Below, one piece after another: positions 56,084 through 64,000 of a DNA stretch of 64,000 nucleotides. How positions within the stretch are numbered: the first letter of the stretch is position 1; each line of letters starts with the position of its first letter. The translations under genes were made by a program, and so were the position numbers. A model generated the notes under the pieces. That model ran no database searches. It saw only the letters and a list, made by a program, of their open reading frames with translations, and was not told where the DNA came from. The stretch is taken from assembly GCA_963751275.1 (NCBI GenBank), contig CAVVTZ010000007.1:192001-256000 (forward strand), given 5' to 3'. The stretch is from an uncultured Gemmatimonadaceae bacterium. GTDB taxonomy: Bacteria > Gemmatimonadota > Gemmatimonadetes > Gemmatimonadales > Gemmatimonadaceae.

Positions 56084-57631
56084 TCAGCGATTCCGCCCGT
56101 ACTTCTCGTGCGAGCTCACCCACTCGAGCGATGAGATCGCCGCGGCCAGCGAGATCTCGCCGGCGAGCACGACCCCGGCGATGATCTCGGCCAGCTTGTG
56201 CGCCTTCCCCTTGCCCACGCAGCCCAGGATCTCGAGGCACTCGCGCTGGGTGGGGAGCGCCGTGCCGCCGCCGTGCGTGGCGACGATGAGCGACGGGATG
56301 GTGATCGAGATGTACAGGTCGCGCGCCGGCGTCAGCTCCGAGTAGATGATGCCGGCGGCGCCCTCGGAGACGTTCGCCACGTCCTGCCCGGTGGCGATGA
56401 ACATCGCGGTGATGCCGTTCGCCGAGTGGAGCCCGTTGTTGTTGGCCCCGGAGAGCAGCGTGCCGACGTTCGCGACGCCGCCGTGATAGGTCAGGCTCTC
56501 CGGCTCCACCCGCAGTTCGCTCATCAGCACTTCGCGCGGGATCGTCGCCTCGGCCGTCACGCGCTTGCCGCGCGTGCGCATGACATTCACCTGCGAGGCT
56601 TTCTTGTCCGTGGCGAAATTCGATTCGAGGAAGAAGCGGCGGATCGTGGGCACCTGCTCCAGGATCCAGCTGCACGCGGCGAAGGTGGCGCGCCCCGTCA
56701 TGTTCTGCCCGGCGGCGTCGCCCGTGCTGAAGTTGAAGCGCAGGTACGCGAACTTGCTCGCGAGATAGATGTCGATGTAGAGCATCTTCGCGACGCTGGA
56801 GGTGGCCTCCGCCTCCTTCGCGATCTCCGGCAGATGCGCGTTCACCCACGTGCGGAACTCGCGCGCCTCGCGCGCGGAATCGAAGATGAACACCGGCGCG
56901 CGCTGCATGCAGTCGTCGCTCACCGTGCACGTCACGCCGCCCGACAGGTTGAGCACCTTCATGCCGCGGTTGTAACTCGCGACGAGCGTGCCCTCCGTGG
57001 TGGCGAGCGGGATGAGGAACTCGCCCTGCGCGTGCTCGCCGTGCACCATCAGCGGGCCGGCGAGGCCGAGCGGCACCTGCGCGACGCCAATGAAGTTCTC
57101 GATGTTCCCGCGCGTCAGCTCCGGATCGAACGACGGCTTGTTGACGTGCTTCAGATCCTTGCCGCTCGCCTTGGCGAGGAAGCGGTGCCGTTCGGTGATG
57201 ATCTTCGGCGAATAGTTGAGCGCCGCGTCCTTCTCGTACGGGATGGAGGTGCGCTTGGTCTGCGCATCGTGGAGCGCGTCCTTCACCGCGATCTCGAGCT
57301 CGCCGAAGCCGCTCGCTTCCACGAGCAGCTTGATCTCGTGCGACCCGTGCGTGAGCGGGCGCGCCTTGGCGTGCAGGTGCGCGATCTCCTTGAGCGGGAA
57401 GGGCACGGCCTGCTGCGGCGTCAGGTCCGCCGCTGCCATGTCGCGGCCGGCGCCGAACTGCACGCGCACGTTCTGGAGCGGCACCTCATCCCCATCCACG
57501 CGCAAGCGCACGAGACGCGTCAGCGTCACGTCGCTCAGCCGGTTGCGCAGGCTGAACGCGAATCCGTCAGCGGTGTTCTCCAGCGAACCGAAGGTGTACA
57601 ATTGCCGCAGCAGGAGCGAAGGGATCTTCAT
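56084..57631 (-). CDS. Class I-like HMG-CoA reductase with about 120-aa extra N-terminal domain
   Basis: ENFIG..QVPLGLAGPL, PLATTEGTLVAS.NRG, TGDAAGQNM, NFATDKK, GQDVANV, GGGT, LAGEISL, C-terminal His. Confidence 0.9.
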   Translation of the reverse strand: MKIPSLLLRQLYTFGSLENTADGFAFSLRNRLSDVTLTRLVRLRVDGDEVPLQNVRVQFGAGRDMAAADLTPQQAVPFPLKEIAHLHAKARPLTHGSHEIKLLVEASGFGELEIAVKDALHDAQTKRTSIPYEKDAALNYSPKIITERHRFLAKASGKDLKHVNKPSFDPELTRGNIENFIGVAQVPLGLAGPLMVHGEHAQGEFLIPLATTEGTLVASYNRGMKVLNLSGGVTCTVSDDCMQRAPVFIFDSAREAREFRTWVNAHLPEIAKEAEATSSVAKMLYIDIYLASKFAYLRFNFSTGDAAGQNMTGRATFAACSWILEQVPTIRRFFLESNFATDKKASQVNVMRTRGKRVTAEATIPREVLMSELRVEPESLTYHGGVANVGTLLSGANNNGLHSANGITAMFIATGQDVANVSEGAAGIIYSELTPARDLYISITIPSLIVATHGGGTALPTQRECLEILGCVGKGKAHKLAEIIAGVVLAGEISLAAAISSLEWVSSHEKYGRNR

Positions 57632-57695
57632 GGGTCCGCGGACGGTCAGGTCGGCGGCCGCGAGACCCGAATGTGGGGGCGGCGCCGGACGGTGA

Positions 57696-57738
57696 GTATG
57701 GGCAGTCGCCCTACACGGTGCAGGGCGACTGCCGATAC
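57696..57738. repeat. GC-rich hairpin between FHA gene and HMG-CoA reductase gene
   Basis: GGCAGTCGCCCT (57701-12) / AGGGCGACTGCC (57722-33) with GTAT/ATAC extension. Confidence 0.7.
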
Positions 57739-57778
57739 GCGTACGCTACCGTGCGACCCGCGAGCGGGGAAGAGCGCG

Positions 57779-58597
57779 CTACCGGAAGACCAGGTAGAGC
57801 ACCAGCAGGATGCTGGCGATCGCCGCGCCGATGAGCATCGGCATCAGCGGCAGGCGCCGCGAACCGTCCACCGGATATTTCCCGCCCTCCATCGTGACGG
57901 CGCGCTGCGCGAGCTGCGTGCTGCGGCGGCTGAACGCGTCGTCATCGTGGTCCTCGAACTGCACCGGGCGCACGCCCGGGGGCAGCGGCTGGCGCGTGAA
58001 GGTGAAGATCGTGTCGCCCACCTGGATCTGGTCACCCTCCACCAGGATCTTGGGGTCCTTCGCGGGCTGGTTGTTGATCTTCGTGCCGGACGAACCCATC
58101 GAGTAGATGACGAATTCGCCCGCTTCGCCGCGCACGTCCGCGTGGAAGCGCGACACGGTGGGATCCTTGAGCACGATGCTGCAGCCGATCTCGCGCCCGA
58201 TCTGCACGACGCGCTTGCGCAGCGTGTAGCCCTTTCGGCTCGAGGTGTCGATCAGGTGTGCATCGGCCGGCGGCTTCGCGGCGGCGGGGCGCGCCGTGGC
58301 GGCGTCCTTCAGGAAGACGAATCGCGCGTTGCCCGCCGCGATCACATCACCCGAATTGATCGGTGTGCCCGATGGCGGCACCTGCTTGCCGCTCACGACC
58401 ACCACATTCTGCGGCGACGCGGGCACGACGGCCCCCGTTCCATCGATCGATCCGCGGACCTTGAAATGCCGCGCCGCCAGGTCCAGTCCCGCGAGACGCC
58501 ACTCCGCCTGCGATCCGCTCCCGACCATCAACTCGCCGTTGAATTCGCGCGGGTTGCCATCGAGGTCGGGCTTTCCTTCGAGCTCAAGAACGGGCAT
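57779..58597 (-). CDS. Tandem FHA-domain protein with C-terminal TM anchor
   Basis: QIGR...IVLKDPTVSRFHA...GSSGTKIN...LVEGDQIQVG; degenerate first FHA (LAARHF). Confidence 0.85.
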   Translation of the reverse strand: MPVLELEGKPDLDGNPREFNGELMVGSGSQAEWRLAGLDLAARHFKVRGSIDGTGAVVPASPQNVVVVSGKQVPPSGTPINSGDVIAAGNARFVFLKDAATARPAAAKPPADAHLIDTSSRKGYTLRKRVVQIGREIGCSIVLKDPTVSRFHADVRGEAGEFVIYSMGSSGTKINNQPAKDPKILVEGDQIQVGDTIFTFTRQPLPPGVRPVQFEDHDDDAFSRRSTQLAQRAVTMEGGKYPVDGSRRLPLMPMLIGAAIASILLVLYLVFR

Positions 58598-58615
58598 TGG
58601 TCCTTACCAGGGAAG

Positions 58616-59623
58616 TCAGGTCGGCATGTCGGTCATCGCCCGGCGCAACAAGGCCGCCGCAAGCGTGACTTTATAGTAATTGTCGCGCAACGGCCGTGCA
58701 TCGTATAACGCGCGGTCGGCCAGGGTCGCAACATCTTCGGGGCCGATCCCGCCGCTCGCGACATCCTGTTCCACGGAATGATCCACCCGCCACGGACGCG
58801 GGGCGACGCCGCCGAGCACCAGCCGCACGTCGCCATCGGTGCGGCGAACGGCGGCGAGGCTCGCGAGCGCGAAGTCCCACGCGCCGCGCGCCATCACTTT
58901 CTCGTAACGCTGCCAGCCGCCGGCGCTTCCGGGCGCGAGCAGGATCGCGGCCACGATCTCACCGGGGGCGAGGACATTCTCGCGGGCCACACCGCTCGCC
59001 GGCAACGTGAAGAACGCGTCCAGCGGCACCTGTCGCGCGCCGGCCGCTCCCGCGATCTCCACCATCGCGTCGAGCGCCACGAGCGCGACGGCCGGATCGG
59101 ACGGGTGCACGACGAAGCACGGTCCGCCGCCGAGGATCGCGTGGTAGCGGTTCTCTCCCTGCTCCGCCGGGCAGCTATTGCCGCCGTTCTTGAGGCAGGA
59201 GACACCCTGCCGCAGGTACCAGCACCGCGGCCGCTGGCAGAGGTTCCCGCCGATCGTACCCATGTGACGCAGCGCCGTGGTGCCGACCGCTTCGCAGGCT
59301 TGCGCGAGCATCGGCCAATGCGCGCGCACGGTTGCGTGCGCGGCGATCGCGGCCAGGCGCGTGGCGCCACCAATGCGCAGACCGAGCGTGGCGTCGCCCT
59401 CGATGCCATCGAGGCGCCGGACGTGCCGCAGATCGACGAGCGCATCGGCCTGCTCGAGGTCTTCTTCGAGCGCGGTGAGCAGATCGGTGCCGCCGCCGAG
59501 CGGGCGCGCGCCCGCGAGCGCGAGCCGGTCGAGCGCGTCGCGCAGCGAATCAGGGCGGGAGTATGTGAGGTCCGAGAATGGGCACGGAGAGGCGGCGACT
59601 GTCGAAGAACGGTGCTTGAGCAT
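58616..59623 (-). CDS. Xanthine dehydrogenase family FAD subunit (PaoB/YagS-like; start uncertain)
   Basis: LGGGTDL, RHMGTIGGNLCQRPRCWY, four-Cys insert, HPSD, LGGVAPRPWR. Confidence 0.9.
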   Translation of the reverse strand: MLKHRSSTVAASPCPFSDLTYSRPDSLRDALDRLALAGARPLGGGTDLLTALEEDLEQADALVDLRHVRRLDGIEGDATLGLRIGGATRLAAIAAHATVRAHWPMLAQACEAVGTTALRHMGTIGGNLCQRPRCWYLRQGVSCLKNGGNSCPAEQGENRYHAILGGGPCFVVHPSDPAVALVALDAMVEIAGAAGARQVPLDAFFTLPASGVARENVLAPGEIVAAILLAPGSAGGWQRYEKVMARGAWDFALASLAAVRRTDGDVRLVLGGVAPRPWRVDHSVEQDVASGGIGPEDVATLADRALYDARPLRDNYYKVTLAAALLRRAMTDMPT

Positions 59624-59692
59624 ACCCTTGGTCGTCCCTTAATTCCAGAGCATCGCGCGCGCCGCGCGACTCCTTCCATTCGGATCTCCCGC

Positions 59693-60898
59693 ATGTCATT
59701 CGCGTTCCGCCGAATCGCCGTCGTCTCCGGGTGCGCCGTGGCGCTCGCGCTGGGCGCGTGTCCATCGAAGGGCGGTGACAAGGCGAACACGGCCACGACG
59801 GACACGCTCTCGAGCGCGCTCACGAAGGCGTCGGAGCATGACACGGTCGCGCGCGAGCAGCAGCTGCAGGCCGCGGATACCGCGACGATCGCGCGCGGCA
59901 CCGACACCACGGTCACGAACGCGAAGCCGGGCACGCTGCGCATCGCCTCGCTCGACCCGCTCGCCGACTCGATCTCCGACCGCATGGTGTTCTACGCGCT
60001 GATCCAGACGAAATTCGTCGCGGCCACGCGCGGCAAGCGCCTGCTCATGGACCTCGGCCGCTACGACGGGACGCTGAACGGCGCGAAACAGCGGAAGGCG
60101 TTCGAGGAGGCGGCGAAGGTGCTCTCGCCCGTGCACGCCGGCGACCGGTTCCTGCTGCACGGGCCGTGGGGCGCGGACTCGGCGACGGTGACCGGGTTCA
60201 CCGTGTGGAACGGCCGCATCGTCGCGACGCTCGCGCTCCCAGCGCTGATCGATTCCATGGCGCGCAGCGGGATGACACTCGTGGCGCTCGCGACGAAGAT
60301 CGAACCGGACACCGCGCACGCCGACAGCGCCGCGGCCGCTGCCGTGGTGGTGCCGGGAGCGGCGCCGGCGCCGGTCAAGGCGCCCACGGCGAACCCCGAT
60401 TCGATCGCGCTCCCCGATTCCGCGACGCTCGCCGCCGCGCTCGCCCCGGGCTGCAACCGCGATTCGATCTCGCTGGAGCTCGCACTGCGCGTGTCAGAGT
60501 TGGCCGACTCACTCACGGTGGTGCTCGAAGCGGACACCGCGAAACTCACCGACCGGCTCAAGAAGACGGTGAAGGTGCAGAAATCGCAGGCGATCGGATG
60601 CTTCGCGCACTGGCGCGTGATCCTCCTCGTGAACCAATCGGCCGGCGACTACGAATATGTCCACCAGATCGGCCTGCTCGTGGACACCGCTGGCGTCGCG
60701 GCACCGCTCAGCGTGCGCGACCTGCGATTCAAGGCGCACGAGGTGATCAAGGCGTTCGATGCGGACGGCGACGGCGTGGATGACCTCGCCGTGCGCGGCC
60801 ACGGCAACCGCATCGGCGCTACGGTCATCCTGCATTACGATCCGGCTAAACGGAGGCTGGAGTACGTCATGGAAGGATTCGCTTGGGAAGTATTCTGA
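59693..60898 (+). CDS. Hypothetical lipoprotein
   Basis: Lipobox LGAC; DADGDGVDD FG-GAP/Ca-binding-like motif. Confidence 0.65.
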   Translation: MSFAFRRIAVVSGCAVALALGACPSKGGDKANTATTDTLSSALTKASEHDTVAREQQLQAADTATIARGTDTTVTNAKPGTLRIASLDPLADSISDRMVFYALIQTKFVAATRGKRLLMDLGRYDGTLNGAKQRKAFEEAAKVLSPVHAGDRFLLHGPWGADSATVTGFTVWNGRIVATLALPALIDSMARSGMTLVALATKIEPDTAHADSAAAAAVVVPGAAPAPVKAPTANPDSIALPDSATLAAALAPGCNRDSISLELALRVSELADSLTVVLEADTAKLTDRLKKTVKVQKSQAIGCFAHWRVILLVNQSAGDYEYVHQIGLLVDTAGVAAPLSVRDLRFKAHEVIKAFDADGDGVDDLAVRGHGNRIGATVILHYDPAKRRLEYVMEGFAWEVF

Positions 60899-60930
60899 CG
60901 GCGCGTCTAGGGCCTAGTACCGCTGTAACG

Positions 60931-61025
60931 GCGCGTCTGGGAGGCAGCGTGTGGTAGTGCAGGGCGGGAGTAGCTGCCGCCGCAACTCCCGCCCGGCCCT
61001 ACCACACGCTGCCTCCCAGACGCGC
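60931..61025. repeat. 95-nt hairpin upstream of yhbY
   Basis: Perfect 27-bp outer stem plus 10-bp inner stem. Confidence 0.9.
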
Positions 61026-61066
61026 TCCTCAAGCGGTACTTGTCCCTACACGCGCCCCTCATAATT

Positions 61067-61378
61067 ATGACCATGACCGGTAAAGAACGCGCCGCCCTTC
61101 GCGCCGAGGCTCATCACCTGAAGGCTTCCGTGCACATCGGCCACCAGGGGCTCACCGTCGCGCTCCGCGATTCGCTCGACGACGCGCTGCGCACGCACGA
61201 GCTCGTGAAGGTGCAGCTCGTGAAACGCGCCGGGATCAGCACGAAGGAGGCGGCCAACGAACTCGCCGCCGCGCTCAGCGCGGACGTCGTGCAGGTGATC
61301 GGGCGCACGACCTCGCTCTATCGCGAGAACCCCGAGCTGGACCACAAGCGCGACAAGGCGCCGGCCTGGCGCCGCTGA
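61067..61378 (+). CDS. yhbY: YhbY/CRM-domain RNA-binding protein (start 61067 or 61073)
   Basis: TGKERAALRAEAHHL, IGHQGLT, HELVKV, VQVIGR..LYR. Confidence 0.92.
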   Translation: MTMTGKERAALRAEAHHLKASVHIGHQGLTVALRDSLDDALRTHELVKVQLVKRAGISTKEAANELAAALSADVVQVIGRTTSLYRENPELDHKRDKAPAWRR

Positions 61379-61381
61379 CGG

Positions 61382-63688
61382 TCAGCCGCGGCTGATCGCG
61401 TCCAGCACGCGCCATGGCGCGAGCGGGATCTCGCGCACCTCGCAGCCCAGCGCATCGGCGACGGCGTTCGCGATCGCGGGTGCGGTGGGAATGATCGGCG
61501 GCTCGCCCACGCCCAGCACGCCGATGTGGTTCGCCACGGTATCGGCGCGCTCCACGAAGCGCGCGTCGATCGCGGGGATGTCGGCCAGGGTCGGGATCTT
61601 GTAGTCGTGCAGATTGCGGTTCATCTGCAGGCCGAGGGCGCGGTCCATCACGCGCTCCTCGAAGAGCGCGTAGCCGAGCCCCTGGATGATCCCGCCTTCG
61701 AGCTGGCTCCCCGCGAGCGCGGGATTCACGATGCGGCCGCAGCTGTGCGATGCGACGATCCGGATCACGCGCACGACGCCGGTCTCGGCGTTCACTTCCA
61801 CTTCCGCGAACTGCGCGCCGAAGGTGGCGAGCGAGGTGGCGGATGGGTTCGGCCCGCGCGTGCCGCGTCCGATGATCATCAGCTTGCCGAGCTTCTGGCC
61901 GATCTGCGCGAAGGTGATCGCGCGCTTCCTCCCGCGCACGCGCACGGACCCGTCGCGCGCCTCGAGGCGCTTCGCGGATACATCGAGCAATCCTGCGCAC
62001 GCATCGAGCAGCTGCCGCTTGGCGTCCTCCGCCGCCATGCGCACCGCCGGCCCCACCGAAGCGGTGGTCATCGAGCCCCACGAATTCCCGGTGTAGGGCG
62101 TGCGCTCCGTGTCGCCGAGGATGACGCGCACGTTGCCGAGCTTGGCGCCGAGCGCCTCGGCCGCGATCTGCGCGAGGATGGTGCGCGATCCGGTGCCGAG
62201 GTCCTGCGTGCCGGCGAGCACCTCGGCGGTGCCGTCGGGATTGAGGCGCACGAAAGCGTTGGCGGGCGGGCCGCCGCCGGCGCTCCACGTTTGCGCGGCC
62301 ATGCCGAATCCGCGGCGGATCGTGCCGGTGCGCTGCGGCTTGCGCTTCGCCCACTGGAACCGCCTCGCGCCGTCGCGGTAGCATTCCGCGAGCAGCGGCG
62401 ACGAGAAGCGCTTGCCGCTGCCCGGGTGCTTCTTCGCGACGTTCTTGAGGCGCAGTGCGAGGGGATCGATCCCCAGCGCGCGCGCGAGCTCATCCATCGC
62501 GCGCTCGAGCGCGAAGGCGCCCTCCACGTGGCCGGGCGCGCGGAAGCTCGCCATGGGCGATGTGTTCGTGAGCACGAAGCGCTCGCGCGTGCGCACGTTC
62601 GCGCAGGCGTAGAGGTCGTGATAGAAGCCGGCCGGCCCTTCGTCCACGCCGTTCGTGCCCATCGTGACATTGGCGTCGAGTGAGATCGCGACGAGACGCC
62701 CGTCCTTCGCGGCGCCCAGCGTCACGCGCTGCACCGTCGCGGGACGGTTGCCGGCGTCGCTCTGCTCGGCGGCGCGGTCGTTCACGCAGCGCACCGGCCG
62801 GCCGGCGGCGCGCGCGAGCAGGGCGGCGACGTACGCATTCGTGCTCGCGCCGGTCTTCGCGCCGAAGCCGCCGCCCATGTGGTCGAGCAGCACGCGCACG
62901 TGCGTGTGCTGCAGCTTGAACGCGCGCGCGAGATCGTCGCGCGTGTGGAAGATGCCCTGCGTGGACTCCCACACGGTGAGCCGCTCGCCGACCCACTCGG
63001 CGACCGCCGCGTGCGGCTCGAGCGCCGAGTGAAGCGCGGTGGGCGTGCGGTACTCCCGCGTGATGACGAGGTGGGCGGTCTTGAGCGCCTTCGCGGCGTT
63101 CCCGCGCTCGATGATGCGTGGATCCACGAGCAGGTTCCGCCCGCCGAGCACGCGCGGCGCGTTGGGGGCGAGCGCATCCTCGGCAGTCACCGCATGCGCC
63201 GCCCGCTCGTACTGCGCGACGATCGCGGCGAGCGCGCGGTGCGCGATGCGCGGCGTGTCGGCGCACACGGCGGCCACCGGCTGGCCGGCGTAGCGGATGT
63301 CGGGGGAGAAGAGGACGCCGCCCGGCGCGTCGATGGCGGGAATGCCGGCGCGCGATATCGCGCCGCGGACGCCGGGCATCGCGAGCGCGGGGGCGAGGTC
63401 GAGGTGCGTGAGCCGGCCGCGCGCGATGGGTGCGCGGAGGATCGCGGCGTGCAGCGTCCCGGCGGGTCGCGCATCCACCGTGTAACGCGCGCGGCCGGTG
63501 ACCTTGTCCGCGGCATCCACGCGGGTCGCGCGGCGCCCGACCACGGCGAGCTCGGCGCGATCGGTCCACGGCGCGGGCTCGAAGGCGGGGATCGCGACGA
63601 TCTTCGTCTCGATGCGCCCTTCCACCTCCACCGTGGTGGTGACGAAGCTTCCGGGCGCCGGCTTCTTCTTCGTCTTCTTAGCGGCCAC
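61382..63688 (-). CDS. Xanthine dehydrogenase family molybdopterin-binding subunit (PaoC/YagR-like)
   Basis: KVTGRARY, STQG, MGGGFGAK, FRAPG, QDLGTG, QLEGG, GVGEP. Confidence 0.92.
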   Translation of the reverse strand: MAAKKTKKKPAPGSFVTTTVEVEGRIETKIVAIPAFEPAPWTDRAELAVVGRRATRVDAADKVTGRARYTVDARPAGTLHAAILRAPIARGRLTHLDLAPALAMPGVRGAISRAGIPAIDAPGGVLFSPDIRYAGQPVAAVCADTPRIAHRALAAIVAQYERAAHAVTAEDALAPNAPRVLGGRNLLVDPRIIERGNAAKALKTAHLVITREYRTPTALHSALEPHAAVAEWVGERLTVWESTQGIFHTRDDLARAFKLQHTHVRVLLDHMGGGFGAKTGASTNAYVAALLARAAGRPVRCVNDRAAEQSDAGNRPATVQRVTLGAAKDGRLVAISLDANVTMGTNGVDEGPAGFYHDLYACANVRTRERFVLTNTSPMASFRAPGHVEGAFALERAMDELARALGIDPLALRLKNVAKKHPGSGKRFSSPLLAECYRDGARRFQWAKRKPQRTGTIRRGFGMAAQTWSAGGGPPANAFVRLNPDGTAEVLAGTQDLGTGSRTILAQIAAEALGAKLGNVRVILGDTERTPYTGNSWGSMTTASVGPAVRMAAEDAKRQLLDACAGLLDVSAKRLEARDGSVRVRGRKRAITFAQIGQKLGKLMIIGRGTRGPNPSATSLATFGAQFAEVEVNAETGVVRVIRIVASHSCGRIVNPALAGSQLEGGIIQGLGYALFEERVMDRALGLQMNRNLHDYKIPTLADIPAIDARFVERADTVANHIGVLGVGEPPIIPTAPAIANAVADALGCEVREIPLAPWRVLDAISRG

Positions 63689-64000
63689 GCTGCTCCCGCA
63701 TCGTGGCGGCAGCCGCGAGCACGGCGCGCCGGATCTTGGGGTACGCGCCGCAGCGGCAGAGGTTACCGCTCATCCAGCGCGTGACGTCATCTTCCGTGGG
63801 ATCCGGATTCCGCTCGAGCAGCGCGAGCGCGGCCATGATCTGGCCCGGCGTACACATGCCGCACTGGAGCGCATCGTGCTCGACGAACGCGGTTTGGAGC
63901 GGGTGGAGCTTGCCGCCGGCGGCGAGCCCCTCGATGGTGGCGACCTGGGCGCCCTCGCACGCGGCGGCGAGCGTGAGGCAGGCGTAGGCGGGATCGCCAT
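63678..64000 (-). CDS. [2Fe-2S] subunit of xanthine dehydrogenase family (PaoA/YagT-like; 5' end off window)
   Basis: Hand translation: ACLTLA, TIEGL, QCGMCTPG, GNLCRCGAY; not called in the ORF track. Confidence 0.9.
   Translation of the reverse strand, partial: GDPAYACLTLAAACEGAQVATIEGLAAGGKLHPLQTAFVEHDALQCGMCTPGQIMAALALLERNPDPTEDDVTRWMSGNLCRCGAYPKIRRAVLAAAATMREQRGR

Overview
High-GC bacterial chromosomal window; gene content and style suggest Gemmatimonadota (inference). It holds about 55 housekeeping and accessory CDSs. I recognised no rRNA, tRNA, CRISPR array, transposase or prophage. Genes include glutamine synthetase III, ettA, several secreted peptidases, P5C dehydrogenase, nfo, lepB, a SWIB protein, an orphan GroES with a bacilliredoxin, WtpABC-type oxyanion uptake, a suf operon and a split PaoABC-like molybdoenzyme. 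Many conserved genes carry 1-bp indels typical of long-read error, and several share the same CATC>CATTC context. The best candidate for an undescribed system is at 50.6-57.6 kb: PhaR-like regulator, phasin and patatin lipase converge on an operon of class I HMG-CoA reductase (extra N-terminal domain), ABC1/UbiB kinase and MGAT/DGAT2-like acyltransferase, with no phaC in the window. This suggests a lipid-droplet or plastoglobule-like storage system. Intergenic spaces also carry several long inverted-repeat elements built from 7-bp or 9-bp periodic units. All family assignments come from motif recognition, not database searches.
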